This document shows, piece after piece, positions 28,362 to 37,463 of a DNA stretch of 64,000 nucleotides (the first letter of the stretch is position 1; each line of letters starts with the position of its first letter). Both the position numbers and the translations under genes were made by a program. The stretch is from a virus, in the IMG/VR virus record IMGVR_UViG_3300008952_002488, positions 64,001-128,000 of that record; one strand, 5' to 3'. The notes under the pieces were generated by a model, which ran no database searches, was not told the DNA's origin, and was given only the letters and a program-made list of their open reading frames with translations.

Positions 28362-28807
28362 AACATCTAATGAGGGAGTGGAGAAAATTCCTCTCGGAGG
28401 GAGAAGTAAAGTACAGAGGCATTCTGATGATTAAACCAGACCCTGCAATAATTGCACAAGTGCAAGAGATGCAAGACACACTCCCAGAATATGGGGTCCC
28501 CTTAGAAGAAAAAGATCTCCATGTTACCTTGATTCATCAAAGTATCTTAAAGCCGTTTAAGAAGCAACTAAAAGAAATAGACTTCCCGCCCCCGCCTTCT
28601 ATAGAGATAGAACCCAGAGTTTTCCAGAGAAAATCTCCCGGCAAAGAATCATGGGCTACTAGGCTTTTAAATCAGGACGAGATGAGAGATTATGTAAGGC
28701 AGGTCATGGAGCTTCTCGGCAGCCAGAATACAGACCCAGAACCCGAACGAGTCTTTCACATAACGATTGGAAATCTCACAGGCAATCCGCACGACTCCGT
28801 AAGATGA
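28358..28807 (+). CDS. Leader-bearing 2H phosphoesterase (T4 57B/Acb1-like fold)
   Basis: MKHLMREWRKFLSE leader; two HxT motifs (LHVTL, FHITI). Confidence 0.8.
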   Translation: MKHLMREWRKFLSEGEVKYRGILMIKPDPAIIAQVQEMQDTLPEYGVPLEEKDLHVTLIHQSILKPFKKQLKEIDFPPPPSIEIEPRVFQRKSPGKESWATRLLNQDEMRDYVRQVMELLGSQNTDPEPERVFHITIGNLTGNPHDSVR

Positions 28808-29517
28808 TAGAAATCCTCAGAGAATTAATAATGGAAGAGATCGTCAGAGGCAGAGCCCTTGATCGCTATGCTACCATGGCTAGCAGGGAAACCATAAACG
28901 CCATCAAAGACGAATCGGTCAGAGAAGCTTTTAACACTAACGGCAGAGTTGACTTCGCACTGGACGTTCCCGAGATTACAGATGACATAGACTACTTGAG
29001 AACGATTATCATTAAGATGAGAGAAGGTGAATATGTTTCTAGTGATGGCTCTTATGAGTTTGATTTAGATGCTGATGATGAGCAGCGTAAGACTTCCGAC
29101 ATTTATGTAAACATTACTTTACCTCCTCGGTATGATGAAGATTATTCTTTTATGTCCCGCTTGGTTGCGGAGTTAAAGGAGACCTTCCGCCACGAGTTGG
29201 AGCACAGTTCCCAGAGCACCGAAGAGTTGATGGCTGTACAGCGAGCAGTACCCGACCGAGAGGTGTGGAAAGACTTGGAGACAGCGGAGGAATATTACCT
29301 TTCGGATGCTGAGGTGAAGGCTCATGTGGCTGGCATCTATAAAAAGGCAAAGAGTTTCCGAAAGCCCGCTACAAATGTGTTGGAGCGAGTTCTCAATATT
29401 ATCTACAATACAGGATTGTACTACGAGCACGACCCTGCAAAACTTGCAGAGTTGATGGAGAAGGTGCAAACACGCTGGGCGAACTATTTATTTGATAGAT
29501 ACCCGAGGGCTCAATAA
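28804..29517 (+). CDS. Leader-bearing zincin metallopeptidase
   Basis: MIEILRELIMEEI leader; RHELEH..Q, YY....EV.AH. Confidence 0.7.
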   Translation: MIEILRELIMEEIVRGRALDRYATMASRETINAIKDESVREAFNTNGRVDFALDVPEITDDIDYLRTIIIKMREGEYVSSDGSYEFDLDADDEQRKTSDIYVNITLPPRYDEDYSFMSRLVAELKETFRHELEHSSQSTEELMAVQRAVPDREVWKDLETAEEYYLSDAEVKAHVAGIYKKAKSFRKPATNVLERVLNIIYNTGLYYEHDPAKLAELMEKVQTRWANYLFDRYPRAQ

Positions 29518-30113
29518 TGAAACACAAACTTATAATGGAAAACTGGCGACTCTATGAGCAGCGGCTTTTATGGGAACAGGAGTTTGATGAATTTTTTAAT
29601 AAACACTTTGTTGTTCTTGAGGAAGGGTTTATAGATTGGGCCGTCTCTAAAGGTAGAGATGCCAAACAGGCAGTCATGGGCGTTATTAACGACATGAAAG
29701 ATTGGACGGCGGAAAAAATTAAAGAATTTGTTCAGTTTATGGGCAAGAAAATGCAAGCCTTCCTTCAAGGTCTGAGAGATAAAGGACTCCTTGGAAAATG
29801 GCAATCTAGGAAAGAACAAAGCGCACTGAGATTGCTGATGACAAACAAACACTTCGATCTCGCAGTCATGATTTTTACCACAATTGCAAAAATGACAGGG
29901 GGTTTTATTGTTGACAAAGTAGCAAAAATGCCAGAGTTAATACAGAGTGTTCTTAAATTGCTGGATAACCCAGTGGTTGCGTTGAAAGAGTTGTTCGGCG
30001 ATATTTCAGATATTAAGACATTGATTCAGAAATTTATGGCATATAGAGAAGATAGGAAAACTTTAAATGTAGCACAAATGGGAGACTGGTCAGATTTTGG
30101 AGGTCTTGTATAA
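29517..30113 (+). CDS. Leader-bearing amphipathic helical protein
   Basis: MKHKLIMENWRLYE leader; VLEEGFIDW; same layout as 3125..3952. Confidence 0.6.
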   Translation: MKHKLIMENWRLYEQRLLWEQEFDEFFNKHFVVLEEGFIDWAVSKGRDAKQAVMGVINDMKDWTAEKIKEFVQFMGKKMQAFLQGLRDKGLLGKWQSRKEQSALRLLMTNKHFDLAVMIFTTIAKMTGGFIVDKVAKMPELIQSVLKLLDNPVVALKELFGDISDIKTLIQKFMAYREDRKTLNVAQMGDWSDFGGLV

Positions 30114-30116
30114 ACC

Positions 30117-31247
30117 ATGAAACTCCTGATGGAAAACTGGCGCAAGTTCCTGAAGGAAGGCATCACCGATGTTGTCTATCATTATACTGCCGGTGTTGAA
30201 AAAGCAGCCAAGATACTTGAAGAGAATAGGTTCATGGCGTCAGGTGGATTTACCAAAGAGGTGGAGGCTGAGTTAGGTAAGGGTAAGCTTTATTATTTTT
30301 CCACCGCAAGAACACCAGCAAATGCTTACACCGGCAACTATCCACAAGGGGCTATTTTCAAATTGGATGGCCGGGCTTTGTCCCAAAAATATAAAGGAGT
30401 CCCTGTTGATTATTGGGCTGATCCAAAACGGGGCAGGTCATCTAAGAAAGCAGCCAATGTTGATGAGCCGGGGTCTATAGAAGGTTTTGAGGCAGAAGAT
30501 AGAATCCTTCTAGACGAACCCTATATTGATGATGCCGACACCTACATTGATGAGATACATTTTGCTATTCCGATTTATAAAAAGGAAAAGGATATGTTCT
30601 CAGGTAAAATAGAACGACGGGCCCGAAGTAGTATTGCCTGGTGGCAATTGGACGGATTACAACGAGGCGTGGCTGTGGCGGAACAAAGAAATATTCCTTA
30701 TTATATTCACATAGACCAAAGCACATATCCGCACGTTGAAGTTGGAAAGCGAAAAGCCATCACCAGTTTGTCTGACTTTTTGGTAGAACTAGAGAAGTCT
30801 GGTGTAAAAGTTGGTGAGCCGCCAGAGCCACTCGGTGCCGATTCTATGGCCGCTCGGAAAAAGAGGGGAGAAAGAAAAGAGTTCGGCGAAGATGAAATCT
30901 TTTTGTTTGTCCAAGCAGCCCAAGACATTCTTGCTGGGAAAGAGCAGTTTGAAGGAGCCAGCGTACAAGGTAAAGTTGGCTATAGAGAAGAAAGCGACCG
31001 CAAGGATTTAGGTAAGGTAATGTTCCGAAATCTTGCTGGTCAGCCAGATGGAGCGGGTCGTTTTTATAGGGATATTGATAACTCCCTTCATAACGCCGGC
31101 AAAAACCCCGAAGCCCGAAAAACTGTTGAGATGCTCGCCTCACTTATGCGGAGCACAAGGAAAACGACGATAAAAGATTTTGAAACCTATATAAATCAGG
31201 TCTATAAGCAGAACCATCCAGACGGAGACCCAACCGGGTATAGATAA
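30117..31247 (+). CDS. Leader-bearing ADP-ribosyltransferase-fold protein
   Basis: MKLLMENWRKFLKE|G leader; VYHYT...IL, YFSTAR, FKLDG..L, EAEDRI (H-S-E ART pattern). Confidence 0.6.
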   Translation: MKLLMENWRKFLKEGITDVVYHYTAGVEKAAKILEENRFMASGGFTKEVEAELGKGKLYYFSTARTPANAYTGNYPQGAIFKLDGRALSQKYKGVPVDYWADPKRGRSSKKAANVDEPGSIEGFEAEDRILLDEPYIDDADTYIDEIHFAIPIYKKEKDMFSGKIERRARSSIAWWQLDGLQRGVAVAEQRNIPYYIHIDQSTYPHVEVGKRKAITSLSDFLVELEKSGVKVGEPPEPLGADSMAARKKRGERKEFGEDEIFLFVQAAQDILAGKEQFEGASVQGKVGYREESDRKDLGKVMFRNLAGQPDGAGRFYRDIDNSLHNAGKNPEARKTVEMLASLMRSTRKTTIKDFETYINQVYKQNHPDGDPTGYR

Positions 31248-31249
31248 CA

Positions 31250-31540
31250 ATGAAAATTACAAAAGCCTTATTGAGAACGATTATCAAAGAAGAACTCCAA
31301 GAAGCCTTCGGGCTAGAGAAGGATTTTCAGCCTGGTGCTTCTGTACACTGGAATGTGTTAGCAAAAGTGATTAAGACCACAGCAAGCGGTCGAGAGAAAG
31401 TTGATTACGAAAGAATGATGATGACTGGAGAAGTTGTTGAGCTTATTACAAGCCCTGGTGCAGCATTGGGCGTTGCTATTGTTCGAGATCCCGACGGCAA
31501 CACACACGAGATAGAACTTTCAGAACTCACATTAGCCTAA
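31250..31540 (+). CDS. Leader-bearing SH3-like protein
   Basis: MKITKALLRTIIKEELQE leader; FQPGASV...GEVVE. Confidence 0.65.
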   Translation: MKITKALLRTIIKEELQEAFGLEKDFQPGASVHWNVLAKVIKTTASGREKVDYERMMMTGEVVELITSPGAALGVAIVRDPDGNTHEIELSELTLA

Positions 31541-31568
31541 CTTTTTAGTAGAAACTACTTATATTAAG

Positions 31569-32759
31569 ATGAGTATTTTCCGAGAACACAAAACAATTGC
31601 GGACAGAGCATCGGCTGATAGATCACGGCATCGTAAAAAAATTGAAAAAGCGATTAAAGACAGTGTTAAAGATGTTGTAGCCGAAGAAAGCATCATCGGG
31701 CAAAGCGGAAAAAAGAAAATAAGGATCCCAGTAAAAGGGATCAAAGAGCACAGATTTGTTTTCGGAGCCAATGAAAAAAATAAACGAGTTGGATCTGCCC
31801 AAGGTAAAAACATAAATAAAGGACAGAGGATCGGAAAGAAACAAGCTCCCACACAAAGTCAAGGAAACAAGCCCGGCAAAGAAGCCGGCGAGGAAATGTA
31901 TGAAATAGAAATGAGCCTAGAAGAGCTAGCGGAATATCTATTCAACGATCTAAACCTCCCTGAGTTGGAGAAAAAGAAATTTAAATTTATCACCGAAGAG
32001 AAAGTCAAACGCAAAGGTAAGCGACCCTATGGAATCCGTCCACGTTTATCAAAAAAAGAAACTATAAAACAAAAGATTAGAAGAAAGAAGGCTGCCATAA
32101 AGGCAGGTACTTATGATCCTAATAGTGAAGAGAGATTTACATTTCACGACAGCGACTTACGTTATAAACATATAGCCCCAGTGCAAAAAGAAAACACGAC
32201 GGCTGCTGTGTTTTTTATTATGGACGTGTCAGGATCTATGACAAAGGCAAAAAAATATCTTGCTCGAAGCTTTTTCTTTCTCCTTTATCAATTTCTAAAT
32301 CATCGTTATTCGGCGATAGATGTTATTTTTGTGTCCCATACTGCGGAAGCCAACGAAGTAAACGAGGAACAATTTTTTACACAGGTTCCTAATGGCGGAA
32401 CACTTGTCTCTACTGGATTAAAAAAGGTTGAAGAGATTATTGAGAAACGATATCATCCTAATAACTGGAACTTGTATACTTTTTATTGTGGGGATGGAGA
32501 CAATTGGCCAATCGACAATAAAGAATCTCTAGCCAACTTTCGAAAGTTAAAAGATATAAACCAAATGATGTGTTACACCGAGATTGGAGAAATGAGAGGA
32601 GTAAGTGATGCTTACTTATTTTCAGGTAAAGCAGAAAAGAAATTATGGGACTGGCTAAAGCTGATAGAAGATAAAGACTTTAAGCGAATAAGGATTGTGA
32701 ACCATAAGGACATATGGGCTTCCTTTAAAAAATTGTTCGGGGGAAATAATAATGTCTGA
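31569..32759 (+). CDS. yeaH: YeaH/YhbH (DUF444) vWA-type protein
   Basis: DR.RH, IPVKGI.E.RF.FG, L.LP.L, DLRY, MDVSGSM, GGT.VS, DGDNW. Confidence 0.92.
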   Translation: MSIFREHKTIADRASADRSRHRKKIEKAIKDSVKDVVAEESIIGQSGKKKIRIPVKGIKEHRFVFGANEKNKRVGSAQGKNINKGQRIGKKQAPTQSQGNKPGKEAGEEMYEIEMSLEELAEYLFNDLNLPELEKKKFKFITEEKVKRKGKRPYGIRPRLSKKETIKQKIRRKKAAIKAGTYDPNSEERFTFHDSDLRYKHIAPVQKENTTAAVFFIMDVSGSMTKAKKYLARSFFFLLYQFLNHRYSAIDVIFVSHTAEANEVNEEQFFTQVPNGGTLVSTGLKKVEEIIEKRYHPNNWNLYTFYCGDGDNWPIDNKESLANFRKLKDINQMMCYTEIGEMRGVSDAYLFSGKAEKKLWDWLKLIEDKDFKRIRIVNHKDIWASFKKLFGGNNNV

Positions 32760-34068
32760 TTGGTCTATGGAAGAGCTTCATGAATGGGATACAAAGATTT
32801 GTGCGCTTGGCCAAGCAATGGATCTTGACTGGTATCCTATTGAGTATGAAATATGTGACTATAAAGAAATGATTGGACATATGGCATACACAGGGCTACC
32901 CACACATTATCGCCATTGGTCATATGGAAAAGCATTTGATAGAATCCAGACAGAATACAATTTGGGAATGTCTGGTCTGCCTTATGAGATGATTATTAAT
33001 TCCAACCCGAGCATCTCATATCTCATGACCGAAAATCCGATGGCCACCCACATACTTACAATGGCACATTGTGTCGGTCACAGTGACTTTTTTAAGAACA
33101 ACCGTATGTTTGCTGAGACCGGGGCGGATACCGCCTTAGACCGTTTTAAAGCTGCCGGTAAACGTATCAAAAAATACATGGAAGACCCGAACATTGGTAT
33201 AGACAAAGTAGAGAAAATTATTGATGCCTGTCACGCCATCCAATTTCAAGTTCCGAGAACGCCGGGAGTTAAACGAAGAGATCCCAAAAAACTGAAAAAC
33301 TATTATCAACAACTGATGCTTAATGATAAGACCGGCTATTGGGACAATTTTGATTTAGAAAAAATACCGCTAGAGCCTGATCAAAATGTTCTTAGGTTTA
33401 TTGCTGATCACAATCGATTTCTTGAGAATTGGGAAATAGACATAATCAACATTATTGAGCAGCAATCACGTTATTTTGTTCCACAAGCTTGTACTAAGAT
33501 TATGAATGAGGGTTGGGCTTGTTTTATACATGAAAAAATAGTTAATGCTCTTAGGCTTCCCGATGAATATCACATTTCTTTTATTCGACTACATAACCAA
33601 GTAGTAAGGGCACATCTGGGAAGAATAAACCCCTACCACCTAGGCTTTAAGATGTTTAAATATATTGAGAAACACAAAGGATTTGAAGAATGTATGCGTA
33701 TAAGAGAAACTTGTAACGATGAGACATTTTTAAAAACACATCTTAACTATGATTTATGTAAGGAACTGAATTTGTTTAGTTATGCATTTAATAAGAGCGA
33801 AGGGATCAATAGAATAACTGAAGTTTCTGCGGAAGATACTTGGAGAACTATTCGGGACGACCTAATTAGGAATGTAGGTCTCAATTCTATACCTGTTATA
33901 GTTGTGGAAGAATTGCTACAAGATGGCACACTAATTTTAAAACATGTGCATGATGGAAGGGATCTAGAATTGACAGAAGCAAATAAAGTGTTTGAGCACA
34001 TTAACAATTTGTGGGAAGGTGGGGTAAGATTCACTACAATAATAGAAGACGATCTTTGGGAGTTTTGA
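32752..34068 (+). CDS. spoVR: SpoVR/YcgB family protein
   Basis: G.PT.Y.HWSYGK, YE.IINSNP, AHC.GHSDFFKNN, TKIMNEGWA, NPY.LG. Confidence 0.95.
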   Translation: MSDWSMEELHEWDTKICALGQAMDLDWYPIEYEICDYKEMIGHMAYTGLPTHYRHWSYGKAFDRIQTEYNLGMSGLPYEMIINSNPSISYLMTENPMATHILTMAHCVGHSDFFKNNRMFAETGADTALDRFKAAGKRIKKYMEDPNIGIDKVEKIIDACHAIQFQVPRTPGVKRRDPKKLKNYYQQLMLNDKTGYWDNFDLEKIPLEPDQNVLRFIADHNRFLENWEIDIINIIEQQSRYFVPQACTKIMNEGWACFIHEKIVNALRLPDEYHISFIRLHNQVVRAHLGRINPYHLGFKMFKYIEKHKGFEECMRIRETCNDETFLKTHLNYDLCKELNLFSYAFNKSEGINRITEVSAEDTWRTIRDDLIRNVGLNSIPVIVVEELLQDGTLILKHVHDGRDLELTEANKVFEHINNLWEGGVRFTTIIEDDLWEF

Positions 34069-34071
34069 TAG

Positions 34072-36015
34072 ATGACAAGAAATAACAAATCTGATAAGTT
34101 TCTGAAACTTGTTGGCAAACACCGTGAAAAAAAGAAAAAGAATAAGTTTCGTGGAACATTGTCCGATTATCTTAAAATAATAGAAGAAGACATTGGGGTT
34201 TCTAAACTCGCCCACCGAAGACTATTTGATGCCATCATAAACCATGGCATTACAAAGATGTCAAAATCTTCGGATCGTTGTAATAAACTTTTCAACGGCG
34301 AGAAGATAAGAACATATGATTATTTCCAAAGCAAGTTTTTTGGAATGGAGAGATCTCTAGCAAAGATTATGAGGTTCCTCCGTTCAGCAGCACTGAAGGG
34401 AGAAGAAAGTCGCCAGGTTCTTTTACTGCTGGGCCCAGTTGGTGCTGGCAAGTCTGCACTGATGGAACACATTAAAGGAGCCCTGGAAGAATGTGATCCA
34501 ATGTATCACATTGATGGGTGTCCTGTCCACGAGGAACCCCTCCACCTCATTCCTCGCTCTCTTCGGGAGGAGTTTCAAAAAATATATGGGATTCGCATTG
34601 AGGGGGACTTGTGTCCTGTTTGTAGGTTTAGATTAAAGGAAGAATTTGGCAGCGATTATACATCAATGCCCATTACGCAGTCATCTTTTTCTGTTCGTGG
34701 TAGACGTGGTGTAGGAGTTGTTCCACCAATGGACGCAAATAGTCAGGATGTGACAATTTTGGTCGGCAGCGAAGATATATCCAAATTAGATTTATACCCC
34801 GAAGATGACCCCAGGGTCCTTTCTTTAAACGGGGCGTTTAATGTTGGAAATAGAGGTATCGTAGAGTTCGTTGAAGTCTTTAAAAACGAAATTGAATTCT
34901 TACACACCATGATTACTGCCACTCAAGAGAAAGCTGTTCCTTCGCCAGGAAAAGGTCCCATGATATATTTTGATGGGGTTATCTTGGCGCACTGTAATGA
35001 GGCGGAATGGAACAAGTTTAAGTCAGAAAATACAAATGAAGCTATCTTGGATAGAATAGTTAGAGTAAATGTGCCGTACTGTTTGGAAGTAACTGAAGAA
35101 ATAAAGATTTATGAAAAAATGTTGGGACTATCTGACTTCGATGGTCACATTGCACCGCATACACTTGAGATTGCTTCGATGTTTGCTGTGTTAAGTCGAT
35201 TGCGTCCGTCCAATAAAGTAGATGCTCTTACTAAGATGAAATTATATGATGGTAAAGATGTGATCGAAAAGGGGCATGTAAAGAAAATAGACATTAATGA
35301 CTTGAGAGATGAGGCACGAGATGAAGGGATGACCGGGATCTCTACAAGATTCATCATGAAAGCAATTGATTCGGCATTGTCAGATAGTGAGAAAAATATG
35401 GTAACCCCCATATCCATCCGAGAAACGCTTATAAAGCAAGTCAAAGACCAAATAGTGGTAGAAGACGATAGAAATCGGTACCTTGATTTCCTTGGAAAGA
35501 CCCTTCACGATGAATATTTGAATATCTTAGAGAAAGAAATCACAAAAGCATTCGTTTCTGCCTATGATGAACAGGCAGAAGCCTTATTTAACAACTATCT
35601 GGACCATGCAGAAGCATATGTGAACATGTCCACTGTTAAAGATGCCATCACAAACGAAGAAATAACACCAGATGACAAATTTATGGAGTCAATTGAGGAA
35701 CAAATTGGAATTACTGGTACTTCTAAAGAGAATTTCCGAGTTGATATCACTGCATACATGTTTTCTAAGCTTCGGAGAGGCGAAAAAGTCGATTGGCAGT
35801 CGTATGCGCCACTCAAAGAGGCAATTGAGAGTAAATTGACCTCTTCAGTCAAGCAAATTTCACGAATTGTGACCAAATCCAAGTCTAGAGACAAAAAACA
35901 GCAAGGAAAGTACAATGAAATGGTAAAAACCTTGATTGATGAGTATGGATACGACGAAAACTCAGCAGAAGAGGTCATAAAGTTCGCCGCAAACAACTTA
36001 TGGCGAGATAGTTAG
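34072..36015 (+). CDS. prkA: PrkA/YeaG AAA+ serine kinase/ATPase
   Basis: LLGPVGAGKS, CP.HEEPL, GNRGIVEFVEVFK, AHCNE.EW, NEAILDR, EGMTGISTRF. Confidence 0.95.
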   Translation: MTRNNKSDKFLKLVGKHREKKKKNKFRGTLSDYLKIIEEDIGVSKLAHRRLFDAIINHGITKMSKSSDRCNKLFNGEKIRTYDYFQSKFFGMERSLAKIMRFLRSAALKGEESRQVLLLLGPVGAGKSALMEHIKGALEECDPMYHIDGCPVHEEPLHLIPRSLREEFQKIYGIRIEGDLCPVCRFRLKEEFGSDYTSMPITQSSFSVRGRRGVGVVPPMDANSQDVTILVGSEDISKLDLYPEDDPRVLSLNGAFNVGNRGIVEFVEVFKNEIEFLHTMITATQEKAVPSPGKGPMIYFDGVILAHCNEAEWNKFKSENTNEAILDRIVRVNVPYCLEVTEEIKIYEKMLGLSDFDGHIAPHTLEIASMFAVLSRLRPSNKVDALTKMKLYDGKDVIEKGHVKKIDINDLRDEARDEGMTGISTRFIMKAIDSALSDSEKNMVTPISIRETLIKQVKDQIVVEDDRNRYLDFLGKTLHDEYLNILEKEITKAFVSAYDEQAEALFNNYLDHAEAYVNMSTVKDAITNEEITPDDKFMESIEEQIGITGTSKENFRVDITAYMFSKLRRGEKVDWQSYAPLKEAIESKLTSSVKQISRIVTKSKSRDKKQQGKYNEMVKTLIDEYGYDENSAEEVIKFAANNLWRDS

Positions 36016-36095
36016 AAAAAAACCCAGTATTTTCAGTACTTTAGCTAAAATAGCCGAAAAAGTCATATTTTTGCCCACTTTTGTCCCTAAAAAAG

Positions 36096-36144
36096 TTGAC
36101 AGACCCCTAATCCATGATACTATACATATGTAAGGGAGAGAGAT
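36096..36144 (+). promoter_or_regulatory. Early promoter TTGACA-N13-TGATACTATAC plus GTAAGGGAGAG leader
   Basis: Repeated promoter class. Confidence 0.88.
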
Positions 36145-37053
36145 ATGGGTCGTACCAACCAATGTCAGGCTTGTGGGGATTGGGGTCACAATCGCCGTGG
36201 CTGCCCAGCAATCAAAGCAGCCCACGCCAGAGTTGAGAGCCTTGGGGAGAAGTACGGCATCGTGCTTTCGGAAGATGAGCGTGCTTACGCTTCCACTTCT
36301 TGGATCACCAAGATCAACGAGGCAGCCAGTGCTGCCGGCAACGCCGAGGACGAAGTTAACTACCGTGAGCGGTGGTATTGGGAAGAGCTTGAAGTGCGCA
36401 AGATTGCCCAGGCTCGCAAGAACAAGCGTGGCCGCACCTGCGGCTTCTGCGGCGAGGGCGGACATAACGCTCGTACCTGCGAACACAAGAAGCAGCACCG
36501 CAAGGACTGCAATGCCATGCAAAGTCTGGCTCACCGAGTTGTCGCTGCCTGCCTGAGCAAAGCAGGTCTCGTTCCCGGCGCTCTGATGCGGCTTCGGGAT
36601 TGGAGCATGGACAAGGATGATTACGAACAAAAGATGTGCATGGTTATGGGCATCAACTGGGAGCGGGTTGCCGACCCTGGTTATGACCACGACCATGGTT
36701 CGCCTCGCCGCTTAGACAGTTGGTTCAAAGGTCCAATCATCAAGGTTCGTAAGCCTGACGGTCAAGAGGGTTACCTTCGGATTCCTCAAAACATCAAGCA
36801 GCAAAGCCACTACAACTACTTTGAGAAGGAACCGGCTCAGTTCGGTTTGGTGAGCGGTGTGGTCGGTGGTCCTGTCAACAAGGACAGCGGCTGGAAGGGT
36901 GACAACGTGACCCTACTCAGCCCCGCTGCCCACGGGGTTTACCACTGGGGTGTCAACAAAGACGACGGCTCGGGCGAGCGAATTGTTGATGCTGACCTTG
37001 AGCCAGAAATCAACAACCTCATCAACCAAGTTTCAAACTGGTCAGAACATTAG
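36145..37053 (+). CDS. Early protein with two CCHC zinc knuckles
   Basis: CQACGDWGHNRRGC and CGFCGEGGHNARTC (CX2CX4HX4C); GC-rich codons. Confidence 0.8.
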   Translation: MGRTNQCQACGDWGHNRRGCPAIKAAHARVESLGEKYGIVLSEDERAYASTSWITKINEAASAAGNAEDEVNYRERWYWEELEVRKIAQARKNKRGRTCGFCGEGGHNARTCEHKKQHRKDCNAMQSLAHRVVAACLSKAGLVPGALMRLRDWSMDKDDYEQKMCMVMGINWERVADPGYDHDHGSPRRLDSWFKGPIIKVRKPDGQEGYLRIPQNIKQQSHYNYFEKEPAQFGLVSGVVGGPVNKDSGWKGDNVTLLSPAAHGVYHWGVNKDDGSGERIVDADLEPEINNLINQVSNWSEH

Positions 37054-37094
37054 AAAAGGGAATAAAAGCAAAAAGCTAGTTATATATTAATAGA

Positions 37095-37463
37095 ATGAAA
37101 AGCAGTAAAAAAGATAGCGATTTGTTTCAAAAGCTAAAAGAAGCTTTTGATTCACTTGCCCCAATGAAGCAAGATCCTTACCCCAAAGAGGCACTGGCTT
37201 TGGGGACATATGTTCGTGCAATAAGACACGACAAGTTAGGAGTCATTACTGATGCTTTTTATGGGGATCTTGATAAGGACGGGCAAAAGATAATTGTGTA
37301 TACAATATTATTGTTTCCTGGCACTAATCATTTTGGTTCCGCTGCTCATGAGAAATACTATGTAAGTAATGAGTATGAATATGATACAATTGCGTATCTT
37401 ATGCTACCGCCAACAGACCTTGCAAGCTTGACTGCTAAACTTGGGGGAGGGTTATTTTTATGA
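37095..37463 (+). CDS. SH3-like hypothetical protein
   Basis: LGTYVR...LGVIT...YTILL. Confidence 0.55.
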   Translation: MKSSKKDSDLFQKLKEAFDSLAPMKQDPYPKEALALGTYVRAIRHDKLGVITDAFYGDLDKDGQKIIVYTILLFPGTNHFGSAAHEKYYVSNEYEYDTIAYLMLPPTDLASLTAKLGGGLFL

